NCBI RefSeq assembly: GCF_006345805.1
Contig: NC_043025.1
Coordinates: forward strand, 1 to 64,000
Direction: 5' to 3'
Length of the DNA stretch: 64,000 nucleotides
From: Octopus sinensis
Lineage: Eukaryota
Shown: piece after piece, positions 53,355-64,000 of the stretch
How the letters are laid out: the number at the start of each line of letters is the position of its first letter
How positions within the stretch are numbered: position 1 is the first letter of the stretch
Made by a program: the position numbers and the translations under genes
The notes under the pieces: model-generated
What the model saw: only the letters and a program-made list of their open reading frames with translations
Database searches by the model: none
Told to the model about the DNA's origin: nothing

Positions 53355-53497
53355 CATCATCAATGCCTTTGCTCTGTTCTGCATTGTAACATTGAGACAT
53401 GTCTGGTTCTTGCCAGATACCAGTAAACGGTGAACACTTTTGTGATGACAGGTTTTGACTTGATGCCATTTCTGGATGCCCCATCGTTCTGGAAGAA
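53355..53497 (-). CDS. HRM domain exon B, adhesion-GPCR-like
   Basis: Acceptor ttttttcag|T, donor G|gtgagc. 143 nt, phase 2-1. Encodes SSRTMGHPEMASSQNLSSQKCSPFTGIWQEPDMSQCYNAEQSKGIDD, completing the HRM with G.W..PD...C. Absent from the ORF track. Confidence 0.8.
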
Positions 53498-54843
53498 CTG
53501 AAAAAATAAATGTTAAATATTGTCAGTCGAGTTTATTCATTCTGAGGAGAATTTCATCAATCTCAGAGGAATATAAGAAACCTTCGAACTGGTCGTGATT
53601 TGAACTCATAATTTAGTGAAAGAAGGATAAATGGTGTCTTGCATTTGGGGGAGAAATCTATTATTTACTCCTGACCCCTATCCTCAAAACTAATGTCAAT
53701 ATTTTCTAACTAGAGTTCAGATATAAAACAATATTCCTGCATCTGTTTTTTTTACAATAATTTCTTGTTTTTATGATTATTCAATACAAGATTAGTTGGA
53801 ACGGTGTAGGTGATGCAGAATTAAGGAGCCAAGTTGTTAGTTCAAGTTGAATGGGGGAATTAGTTGCTAATATTTCGCCACCATAGACATCAGTAGCAAC
53901 AGCGGCAGCAATGGATTTATGTATTTTTCCTACATATGCACAGATTTGAGTGATTCCACCAGTTGGTCTTGTCTTAAAACTAATAAAGCTCAGCCTCTGG
54001 GAGGAACAATTTAGATGCTTAACCTGTGGAATGACGTGGGTAGAATGAGAGAAGAGAGACCGTGTTACATAGTCTGTGATGAGTGAAATCCCAGATGACC
54101 ATCATGTACTAGCAAGATATATAGCTCTAATGTAATCATAAAATGAATAAATAGTATTAGCCTGAATCCAACAGAATCACTGATAGATTCTATTGGCTGT
54201 ATCTAGGTATGTGCTTTCTTTGCTACAATTATTTTGTGAAATTCTGGAACTTACAAGAATCTTTAAATCTTTGAATATGCTGATTTCAAATTTTGGCAGC
54301 TATTTTGGGCGGGGTAGTTCGATTACATAGACCCCAGCGTACTTATTTTATCGATCCCGTAAGGGTAAAAGACAAAGTCGACCCTGGTGGCATTTGATCT
54401 CAGAATGTAAAGTCAGAGAAATGCTGCTAAGCATTTTGTCCGGCATGGTAACGATTCCGCTAGCTCTCACATAAAGCCTTGTCTAATATTGGTTTCAAAT
54501 TTTGGCACAAGGCCAGCAATTTCAGGGGAAGGGATAAGTCGTTTACACCAACCCAGTGCTCAATTGGTATTTATTTCATCGACCCGAACATAAAAACGAA
54601 TGAAATGAAAGCTTTGTATAATATTGGCGACAAAGCAAACCTAGATAGTTAGGACAAGGCTAAATTATATCAAATAATGTATAAATGTAAAAATGCTGGG
54701 ACAAGAGATTGCAACCGATGACGTTTAATTCTATCTTGTTAATCTATAAAGCTGTTATCTGCTCTACCAAGTAACATTCTCTCACAATAGGATGACGCTG
54801 AAAGCTTCAAATTTTGAGTAGAAATAAATCAATACAAACGAAC

Positions 54844-54958
54844 CAATGCCTGGTGGCTACATTTCCATGACACGGGATCTCCGCAGTAGTTCCTATTTTT
54901 GTCATTGGCCAAGAGAAAGCTCGATTGTTAGTTGATGTTGTGCTTTCATCACAAACCA
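54844..54958 (-). CDS. HRM (hormone receptor) domain exon A, adhesion-GPCR-like
   Basis: Acceptor tttttcag|TG, donor TG|gttcgt. 115 nt, phase 1-2. Encodes VCDESTTSTNNRAFSWPMTKIGTTAEIPCHGNVATRHC, matching the C..W..T..G......C......R.C HRM pattern. Confidence 0.8.
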
Positions 54959-54994
54959 CTGAAAAAGAAGCAAAATATGGACATGAAAGAAGCC

Positions 54995-55044
<50 letters not shown>

Positions 55045-56601
55045 CAGTTAATGTTGGAAATAAATTGTTTGGACCACCTGCTGGCTGATTTGAGGACAAT
55101 GATACACGAAGTGTTGCAAACATACACGGAGAGCATATATATTTATTCAAAATAGACAGATTTCTAGTTTTCATTTAGTAGTTTGTAAAGAGATAAATGA
55201 TTTAGAAATGAATTACAATCCCTTACAACACAAGGACCCAACCAGGCTCCATGCAATTCTTGGAAGTGTAGTCAATTCTTAACTAAAATGGCGACAATAT
55301 GATTTTCTCCATATTCTTGCTCTGTTCAAATATTTGAGAAAAATTACATTAAAGTGTCCTACTTATTAAAATTCTAATTCATTATTTGGCAGCTGAAGAT
55401 GGCATTGCATTTAAATTGATGTAATTTTTGTATTGTTCAATTAAATTTAGCCGATTGAAACTGCATAACTACTTGAATCCTGTAGATTATATATATATAT
55501 TCTTATATATATATTTTCTTATATATTCTTAAAAACAATAAATAAAATAGAAATAGAGGTGTGTGCATATGTATATATATATATTTTATATTTTCTCGAG
55601 CAATATATAACTGGTTACGGGATATGACTACTCAGAATGCTAGTCTGTTTCGCGGCCTCTAGTGTTGAATTTCGTCAATATATTGATCACTCTTTAGACA
55701 TACTGACCGGAAGCGCAAAACCTAATGTACGCTAGAAATGAGTAGATGTTATATTGATTTGGCGATGGTAAAATGAAATGAATGGAAACGAAGTGAAAAT
55801 ATATCCTTTTCCGGCAATGGGATATGATTTGTTCCTCTCTTATATCTCTTAGACACTGTTTAAATCGTATGAGCTGTGTGTGTACCTATCGTTTCTTATT
55901 AAAAAATTAATATGATCACTTCGTACGAAATGAATTTTCACCGAGGAAAATTATTTGCAGCACTAAATAGTTTTCCTGTTTGAATTAAAGCAAGTACTAG
56001 AATTGTTTGAATTTTTCTGCCCATTAGAGTCTGCATCTTCTACTTCTATACAAAATTAGAAGAAAACATTTTTGCCCTCGGTTAATTGGTATAATTAAAA
56101 AGAAACTGAGCAAAGACAAACAGTTCCGTAGGGACAAGAAACGGAAAAGCGCAAAATAAAATGCTTTTTTTAAAAATTATCCAAGCGTTGAGAAAATGTA
56201 AATAAATAGTTGTGTGTGAGAGAGAGAGAGAGGGAGAGAGTCTGTGTGCTTGGTATCATCTACTGTGGTTGATGATGACGACAACGACTAAGAGGTTGGT
56301 GATTGATGAAGCTAATTATGACGGTAATGATGATAAATTAATAAGAAACACGATACTTACTTTCATCAATGAATTAATGTGGCTTTTCTTAACTCCTAAG
56401 TTAAGCAATTCCTGGGATTTGTTCAAAACTTGGGAGATTTGCGCCGCAGTTGACTTTCAGTCATTTCGCTAAATACTGTACAGTAAATAGCAAATATTTT
56501 ATTTCTGTTGAGCTGAAATAAAAATAAATACATACTTGTATGTCGGTATGTATGTATGTATGTATGTAGCTAGCTAGCTAGCTAGAAATATACATACGTT
56601 G

Positions 56602-56640
<39 letters not shown>

Positions 56641-57724
56641 ATATATTATACATCGTTTAAAAGCTCCCCTGTTAATCCTTGGGCCCAACAATGACCCCAT
56701 GCATTGAGTACATATTAAATTTCATGAAACATGAATATTTCTCAAGCAATGAACAATTTTCATCAAAGCAATGATATAATTTGTCGACTCGGAACTTATT
56801 GCAAAGCTTCATGATAAACAACAGTACCACCACCATCGACACCATATCTGCCATACACACGCCATCCAGACTTCTGACGCCATCACCATCAATAATTTTC
56901 ATCACTTTCACCTCCACCACCATCACCACTGTCTTTCACATCGCTTTCTATCACTATATTCAAACATAGCTCAGGATTGGATCATCATAGCTAAAATAAC
57001 CGCATTCAGTATGGTTGAGAACAGAATTAGTGAAGAAGGCTCGAACTACAAGCGGGTGACTAAAAGTTTGCCTTACGAATATATTCGTCCACTAAGAAAT
57101 CCACATGAAGGTCTTCACTCCCTGCATAAATCTTTAAATACACTTCATATATATATAATATATATATATATCTTATATATATAATTTCCCGGTTGGTTTT
57201 AAATTGCGTGTTAGCCACCTTAATTATTCTATAATCTTCACATTGCCATTTTGTGAAATCAGTCCCTAATATCCTATGGCATTCTCATGATACGGAGAGG
57301 CCCGTGAGTTAGCCTCCACCACCTTATGGAGTGAGCATTGCGTGATGAGTATTACTTCCTATAAGAAATTACCTGCTAATCTATCCACTGGCTTACCGGG
57401 GAATGGTCTCCCCTGTCAATGCAAACAGACCATATGTCTTTTTGTGGCTAGGAGTCTATGAACTATATTTCTATAACTGGTGCTCACTGCACTCTTTTCA
57501 CACTTAGTGACTGGAATTATTTCCTTGTGGTTTCAAATTGCCGATACCCCCTCCAATTTAATATATATAACACCCCCATATATATGTGTGTATATATATT
57601 GTGTATATTATGTGTGATTGTATTGTTGTATATATATATTACATATACTAAATACACAGCATTTAATAATAAAACCATATGCATACATACATACATATAT
57701 TACATACCTACATCTATATAGTAT

Positions 57725-57890
57725 ACATATATATCTGAGTACAGGATACCACAAAATAAACGTAGAACAACAACGAGAAACGAAAACATAAAATCAACAA
57801 GGAACGGACTCTTTTCAACACGAAAAAACAGAGTAAAGACAAACAATACAAGGAATATTCCCCTTCTTCAGATGCCCTGTTTCGACTCAT
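57725..57890 (-). repeat. Penelope-LTR-like fragment related to 14635-14790
   Basis: Shared acgtagaac..acgagaaacgaaaac..ggaacggac..aggaa.att/tccccttc sequence, in (TA)n context. Confidence 0.5.
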
Positions 57891-58584
57891 GCGTATGTAT
57901 GTATTATATGTATATATATATACATATATTGTATTATACATACCTATATATGTATATATACATACATATATGTAATATATATATATAATATATATATTAT
58001 ATATATATATGTATATATATTATATATAAGTATATATACATATATATATGTAATATATAATATATATATATATATGATATACATAGAAATATATATATCA
58101 ACGTATATATATATATATATCATATACATATTATAATCATTCTATATATATAATCTACATATATATATATATTATATATATATATCTTATATATAATATA
58201 TAACAGTTCTCTCTGTATCTTTATATGGGTTTTGTGTGTCCTTTGTATAATAAAACATGGATAACACTTAAACATTTTCATTCAATGTATGAATTTAATA
58301 TATTCGGGTCACAAGTACAACACTGTTGATTATTGTGACGTATATAACATTCGATAAAATCGAATGTTTGGAACAAAGCAAATAAATTGGATAAATGTGT
58401 TAGAAGCATTTGCTACCCACAGTCTTCACTCTAAATGTTCCCGTCACGGTTGAAAGGTCATGCTCAATCTGAAAAGCCGGATGTGTATATATATATATAT
58501 ATATATTCTATATACATTAAATTCAAGAAACAAAGCTTGATTTTAAAGCGTTGAGATGTATTGAAAAATAAAGAAATAATTTTA

Positions 58585-58876
58585 TTCTGAAACGCAGGAT
58601 AATGCTAATGATATAACGTGAACCGCATGAAATATCCATAATTGTGCAGATAAATCTGTCGTCAGCCTATGTGACTACACCTCACACCCTGTGATTACGC
58701 TTCAAGTGCTTTACCATTAAGCTAAACTGCGCGAACGACAAATACTTCTGGAAAGTTAGGCTATATACATCTAGCTTTATAAGACGCGTAATCTGGCCGC
58801 CGACAGAGTTTTCGGCAACAGGTGAATACGTTATCCTGTTTATGCTATACTATTAGCATTATCCTGCGTTTGAGAA
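58585..58876. mobile_element. TA-flanked MITE
   Basis: TATTCT(G/C)AAACGCAGGATAATGCTAAT inverted repeat, 26/27 match including the flanking TA (58583-58609 vs 58852-58878). Confidence 0.72.
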
Positions 58877-59050
58877 TATAATTATGTATAAATATATTAG
58901 CTTGACACTCGGTAAAGTGGGGGAAATGAGAGGGTTTTTAATGTTCCGAGCATATCTCTTTTTCAGAAAGGAAAATGAAAATGTTGAGAAGAACAATATT
59001 ACCAAAAGGAAGTGTGTGATTACATATGTTCTTATGTGTGTGTGTGTATG

Positions 59051-59111
<61 letters not shown>

Positions 59112-59974
59112 CACAAGATTAGTGAATATTTGAGTAGGATTTTATTTACTGTCAGAATCGGAAATTATAAGACGGAATATATAAAGACAAAATAGTGGAT
59201 AGAACAGTCTTTTTATTGACCAGCAAAAATTCAGTAAGTTAAAAAAGAAAGTTTTATGTAATAGTTTACTATCAGTAAATGGAGTTGATTGTCTGAATTT
59301 CATGAAACCTCACTATTTATTTGATGTTTCACATTTCTTCTATAAAATATGCATGTGTGTGTGTGTATGTGTGCGTGAGAGTGTGTATGTGTATGCATGT
59401 GTGCGCATGTTCAGTGCATATGTGTGCGCGCACGCGCGTCTGTGTACGGAGAAAGAGAGAGAGAGGGCAGATATCTACTCACGGCTCTTGATATGTTCTC
59501 AGCAGGGATTTTATATTCGTTGAACTTTTTAAAAATCAAACGAAATACGAGGGATTTGGTCCAGCCTATGGATTGATATAGAAAATAATCGCTGCGTTTA
59601 TAAATGAGACACACGTCATAGATGCACATAAAACCCACATACGTAGATAAAAATATACATTCATAATCACATATACACTTAAAATACTATATATATATAT
59701 ATATTATTCTTATTCTTCCTATTATATACGTTTTTATTATTATTATTATTTGCAATTTACTTAAGCATTGACATTTAATTGTTATTTATTTTTTATATTT
59801 CTATTATATGTAATTTTCTAGATGGTGTAATTTAATTGTTCATTTTGAATTGATAAAAGCTGTTTTTTTTATTTTAATTTTTTATATATATCTTATATTG
59901 TGTGAAATTTGATTTAGTATTTCTAAATTTAATTTTTCCCTTGTAAGTTTGGATTTTATTCACTCAAATAATAA

Positions 59975-60020
<46 letters not shown>

Positions 60021-60080
60021 TATATTAGAAATATTAAAATTACTAAGTCTCTCTAAAAGAGAACAGCGGCAGCGTTCCCG

Positions 60081-60477
60081 GAAAATAATAGTTATCGCCA
60101 TACTAATATGGCATTCTTAAAAATAAGAAAAAAGCTGTCCGCTTATTAGCTCCATGAGGCCATCGCCTTAAGTTAGCTATTTGATACTCAAACTGTATCC
60201 ATATAACCTTCGAACAAGGGAGGTCAGTCGCTCCACACTACTTGACCGGCAGCTACAGACGCGTTTCGGGTATTGCCCCTTTTCAATGCAGCGTAGCCAG
60301 CCAGTAGCTGCCGGTCAAGTAGTGTGGAGCGACTGACCTCCCTTGTTCGAAGGTTATATGGATACAGTTTGTGTATCAAATAGCTACTTAAGGCGATGGC
60401 CTCATGGAGCTAATAAGCGGACAGCTTTTTCTATTTTTTTATAATGCCATATTAGTATGGCGATAACTATTATTTTC
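60081..60477. repeat. foldback palindrome with a Penelope-type GAAACGCGTC motif in the spacer
   Basis: Arms 60081-60256 and 60304-60477, near-perfect, with a 47-nt spacer. Confidence 0.88.
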
Positions 60478-60479
60478 AT

Positions 60480-60790
60480 ATATATATTCATACACACTTA
60501 TCATTCCCTTTCTTCCTGTCGCTCTCTTCGTGTATCGGCTATCAATGCCTGCACATGGATGATTGGTTCCATACATCGATAGGACCTTTCTTGACTTCCT
60601 GTCCAACTCCTTTAGCTTCTCCTCTGTCCACTTCAGTTTTCCAGCGTCATTCCGAACTACTGCGACTGCGTGCGAGTTTATCGCCGAAATTATGTTCCAG
60701 GCATTCAGCTTTCTAACCAATATTTTGCTCACTCGCCAAAAGTGCTCTCTTTTACTCTTTTCCTTCATGTCGTGGTGTTTGATTCCATCT
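60480..60790 (-). mobile_element. degenerate R4/Dong-like LINE fragment (paralogue of the 52.1-52.3 kb piece)
   Basis: NIISAINSHAVAVVR..KWTEEKLKELDRKSRKVLSMYG..HP. Same 5' junction as the 52325 copy. Confidence 0.7.
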
Positions 60791-60971
60791 GTGAGTGTGT
60801 GTGTGTGTTAGAGAGAGAGAGGGGGAGAGGGAGAGAGGGAGAGAGAGCATTGCAAATAGTATACACACATCAAAATATTTTCCCGTATATTAATTACTAT
60901 AAAATGTTCTTATTAACTATCAATTTGTAATAAACTTGTTAGTGTTATATTAGACAATAAATAACACTTAC

Positions 60972-61154
60972 CAATGAAATCATTCTTGTTACATAAGTGT
61001 CCGACGCAACAACCAGTACAAGACGTGCCATTCGTCCGTTTATTGCATGTAAGGGTATTGTTTCTCATAGCTTCAACACATTTTCTGTATGTGCTGCAGG
61101 ACCTTTCAGTCTTCAGTTTAGCACCGTTCATTGATATGCGAATCGGCATACAGG
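60972..61154 (-). CDS. Ly6/uPAR (three-finger)-like Cys-rich exon of an adhesion-GPCR-like gene
   Basis: Acceptor tatacag|CC, donor G|gtaagt. 183 nt, phase 1-1. Encodes CMPIRISMNGAKLKTERSCSTYRKCVEAMRNNTLTCNKRTNGTSCTGCCVGHLCNKNDFI: 8 Cys, with the CCxxxLCN terminal motif. Confidence 0.8.
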
Positions 61155-62346
61155 CTGTATAATAGATATGAAAAGTATACACTACAACAACAATATTTAT
61201 TAGGACGATTACTGCTAATTACAGCACAACAACAGAAATGACCACCACTGGGGATGTTTACCATGCAAGTAAGTTTAATCATTGCTTTAAAATACCCAAA
61301 AGCAATAAGTGAAACCGTAAAAGAGTTTCCGAATTGTTGAAAGTTAACAGCATAAGTAACTTCCGTAAAATTATTGCTATTTAGTATTCAAAAATCATGT
61401 TTTAAATGCTTACAGTGTCCAAACCTCTCGGATCACAAGGAGATATGGCCATCGGATCATGGTCTGTATCAAAACCGCATCGCACTGTCACACATCGCCC
61501 AACTTAAAATAGGTCAAATTATCCCAATAAAGATGTATCAATTCTCTAAAATTCCTTCTTACTGGAGGAATGCTCAAGAGGAATTTTTCATATAAAATTA
61601 CGGAAAATCATGCGTACAAAACTCACCAAAAAGAGAAACTAATATGCCTTACCCAAGATGAACTGAAATATAATTGTCAGATTGAACTCCTCAGTCCAGC
61701 AAAAATAAAACAGAAAATACATAAAACGAACACAAGAGAAACTTCGTTTATTTTGCAAGTATATTTTATATGAAAATACGGTATATTAGTATAAAATTTG
61801 GAGAGAAAACAACCAAGGTCTTGTTAACTTAATAAGGGACATTCTGAAAACGAAAAATATCAGAAATGGAGAAGAATATTTAAAGAAAAGAATCCATCAC
61901 GAAAACGCAATTAATAATCGCAAACACCTAACAATAATAAAAGCAATGAAAATGTAGACATTGAAGTTAGAAATAAGATTTGCATTGCCTTAGTTTGAAA
62001 TTGAAACTTGTTTCTTCCAATGTTGGAAAAGTTTTAGAAAGAAAATTGGATCTCCCAAACTGAGTGAGGATGTCATGAAAAAATAACCAATGATAGTGTC
62101 CGAAGGCTGGCGTCTTCAAAAGAGCCAATGGAGTCTGTGATTGCAAATGAATGAATCATTACATAAGCTAACTCAGCTTCAAGAAAACCGAAAGGTCTGA
62201 GATCAGAACAGACAATGAAACAGGCAACAGATTGCAGCCATGCTCTTATGTCACGCTCTATTCTCCTATATTCTCGTAGATCAGTTAATGTGAAGCATTG
62301 ATCTGTGTCATTACCGGTGTCTTTTATGTTTCTCTTATGTTTCTTT

Positions 62347-62446
62347 NNNNNNNNNNNNNNNNNNNNNNNNNNNNNNNNNNNNNNNNNNNNNNNNNNNNNN
62401 NNNNNNNNNNNNNNNNNNNNNNNNNNNNNNNNNNNNNNNNNNNNNN
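62347..62446. other. assembly gap (100 N)
   Basis: Run of exactly 100 N, typical of a scaffolding join; contiguity across it is not guaranteed. Confidence 0.98.
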
Positions 62447-63218
62447 ATAATATATACTAGCAGTCATCTGGCCTTTGTCTCCGTGTGTAGTGTACACAAA
62501 TGTATTCATAAAACATCTTTCGTAATGCTTATGTATTAAGATCTTAATTAAAGGTTACAAGTCGATACCCTTCACAAGAAATAGTTTCAAATTCCAACCT
62601 TAAGTACACCAACCCACACGCACACACACACACACACACAGACAAATTTACAGAAAACAAAAGACACACACACACACGCACACACACATATATATATATA
62701 TATATACATATATATATAATCATGTAGTCACATGATCGAGTATACTGCCAGATGTTACACATCACTGGTCACAATGTGCTTTGCATTGTTTGACGTTTTC
62801 AATGATGCCACTCCACTGGTTAGGAAAGCAGGCGAACATTCGGAAGTCTTGGGAAAGAAAGGGGATTGCAAGAATCAAACCCACGATCTAGCTATTGTGA
62901 GGGTAACACCCGAATCACTATGCCATACAGCTACTGACACATGCACACGAGTATACACATACATAGACTTATATATGTACGTATATGCATATAAAGCAAT
63001 CATTTTACACCTTTTCTCCATACTACCATGGGTTGTATGAGTATATTATTGATCCATTCTTTTTGTATCTGGATCCCCTTCATGTTATTAACCCTTACCT
63101 GTTGTTCAAGGGATCACTTATTCCAATGGTTTGTCTATTAACAGGGAAAATGATAATCGTTCATAGCTGAGCAATGTTCAGTAAAAAAAAATGGAAAAAT
63201 ACACACTCAAGAAGCAGG

Positions 63219-63262
<44 letters not shown>

Positions 63263-63618
63263 TACGTACACACACACAAACACACATACACTTCTTTTTG
63301 GCAGTTTTTTCACTGGTCCTCAGATTTTGTCCGTGGTGTACGATGGGCTTCTCTCAGATTATCTCTATTTGATCCACTCAGAAGCCTTGATCAACCATGG
63401 GATTTAGAAGAAGTTACTTGCCCAAGGTGTCATACAGTGGGACAAAACTGGTGGTTGGCGTTTGGAAGGGCATCCAACAGTAACATACCTGATAAAACAG
63501 ACAGTAGCCCAGGGTAGTTTTTTTCTACCTGGACGGCTACTATCGTCCATCTTACTCTTGAATGCATGGAATGTGGACGGTATGTGGTGATGATGATGAT
63601 ATTAGTATATATATATAT

Positions 63619-64000
<382 letters not shown>

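Overview
AT-rich, repeat-dense eukaryotic DNA. The SINE/LINE content and gene sequences suggest an octopod cephalopod; the species is inferred, not proven. Two host genes are recognisable only as scattered exons. (1) On the + strand, a Meis/homothorax TALE-homeobox gene: exon 2 (31675-31889), exon 3 (36949-37090) and a candidate short first exon (17410-17439). (2) On the - strand, three mutually in-frame exons (61154-60972, 54958-54844, 53497-53355) encode a Ly6/uPAR-like Cys-rich module joined to a hormone-receptor (HRM) domain, resembling an adhesion-GPCR N-terminus and apparently nested in Meis intron 3. The rest is mobile DNA: a near-complete Penelope-like element with an inverted 5' repeat, a full-length dead mariner, a near full-length decayed RTE LINE, CR1- and R4/Dong-type LINE fragments, non-autonomous Helitrons, MITEs, three tRNA-derived SINE families, microsatellites, local duplications and a 100-N gap. 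The most unusual signal is a set of minimal type-I hammerhead-ribozyme-like motifs in several unrelated small elements. These include a retrozyme-like 397-bp unit with 106-bp terminal direct repeats and two long foldback palindromes. Most ORFs in the supplied track are microsatellite or SINE artefacts. All alignments and folds were done by eye; no database search was run.
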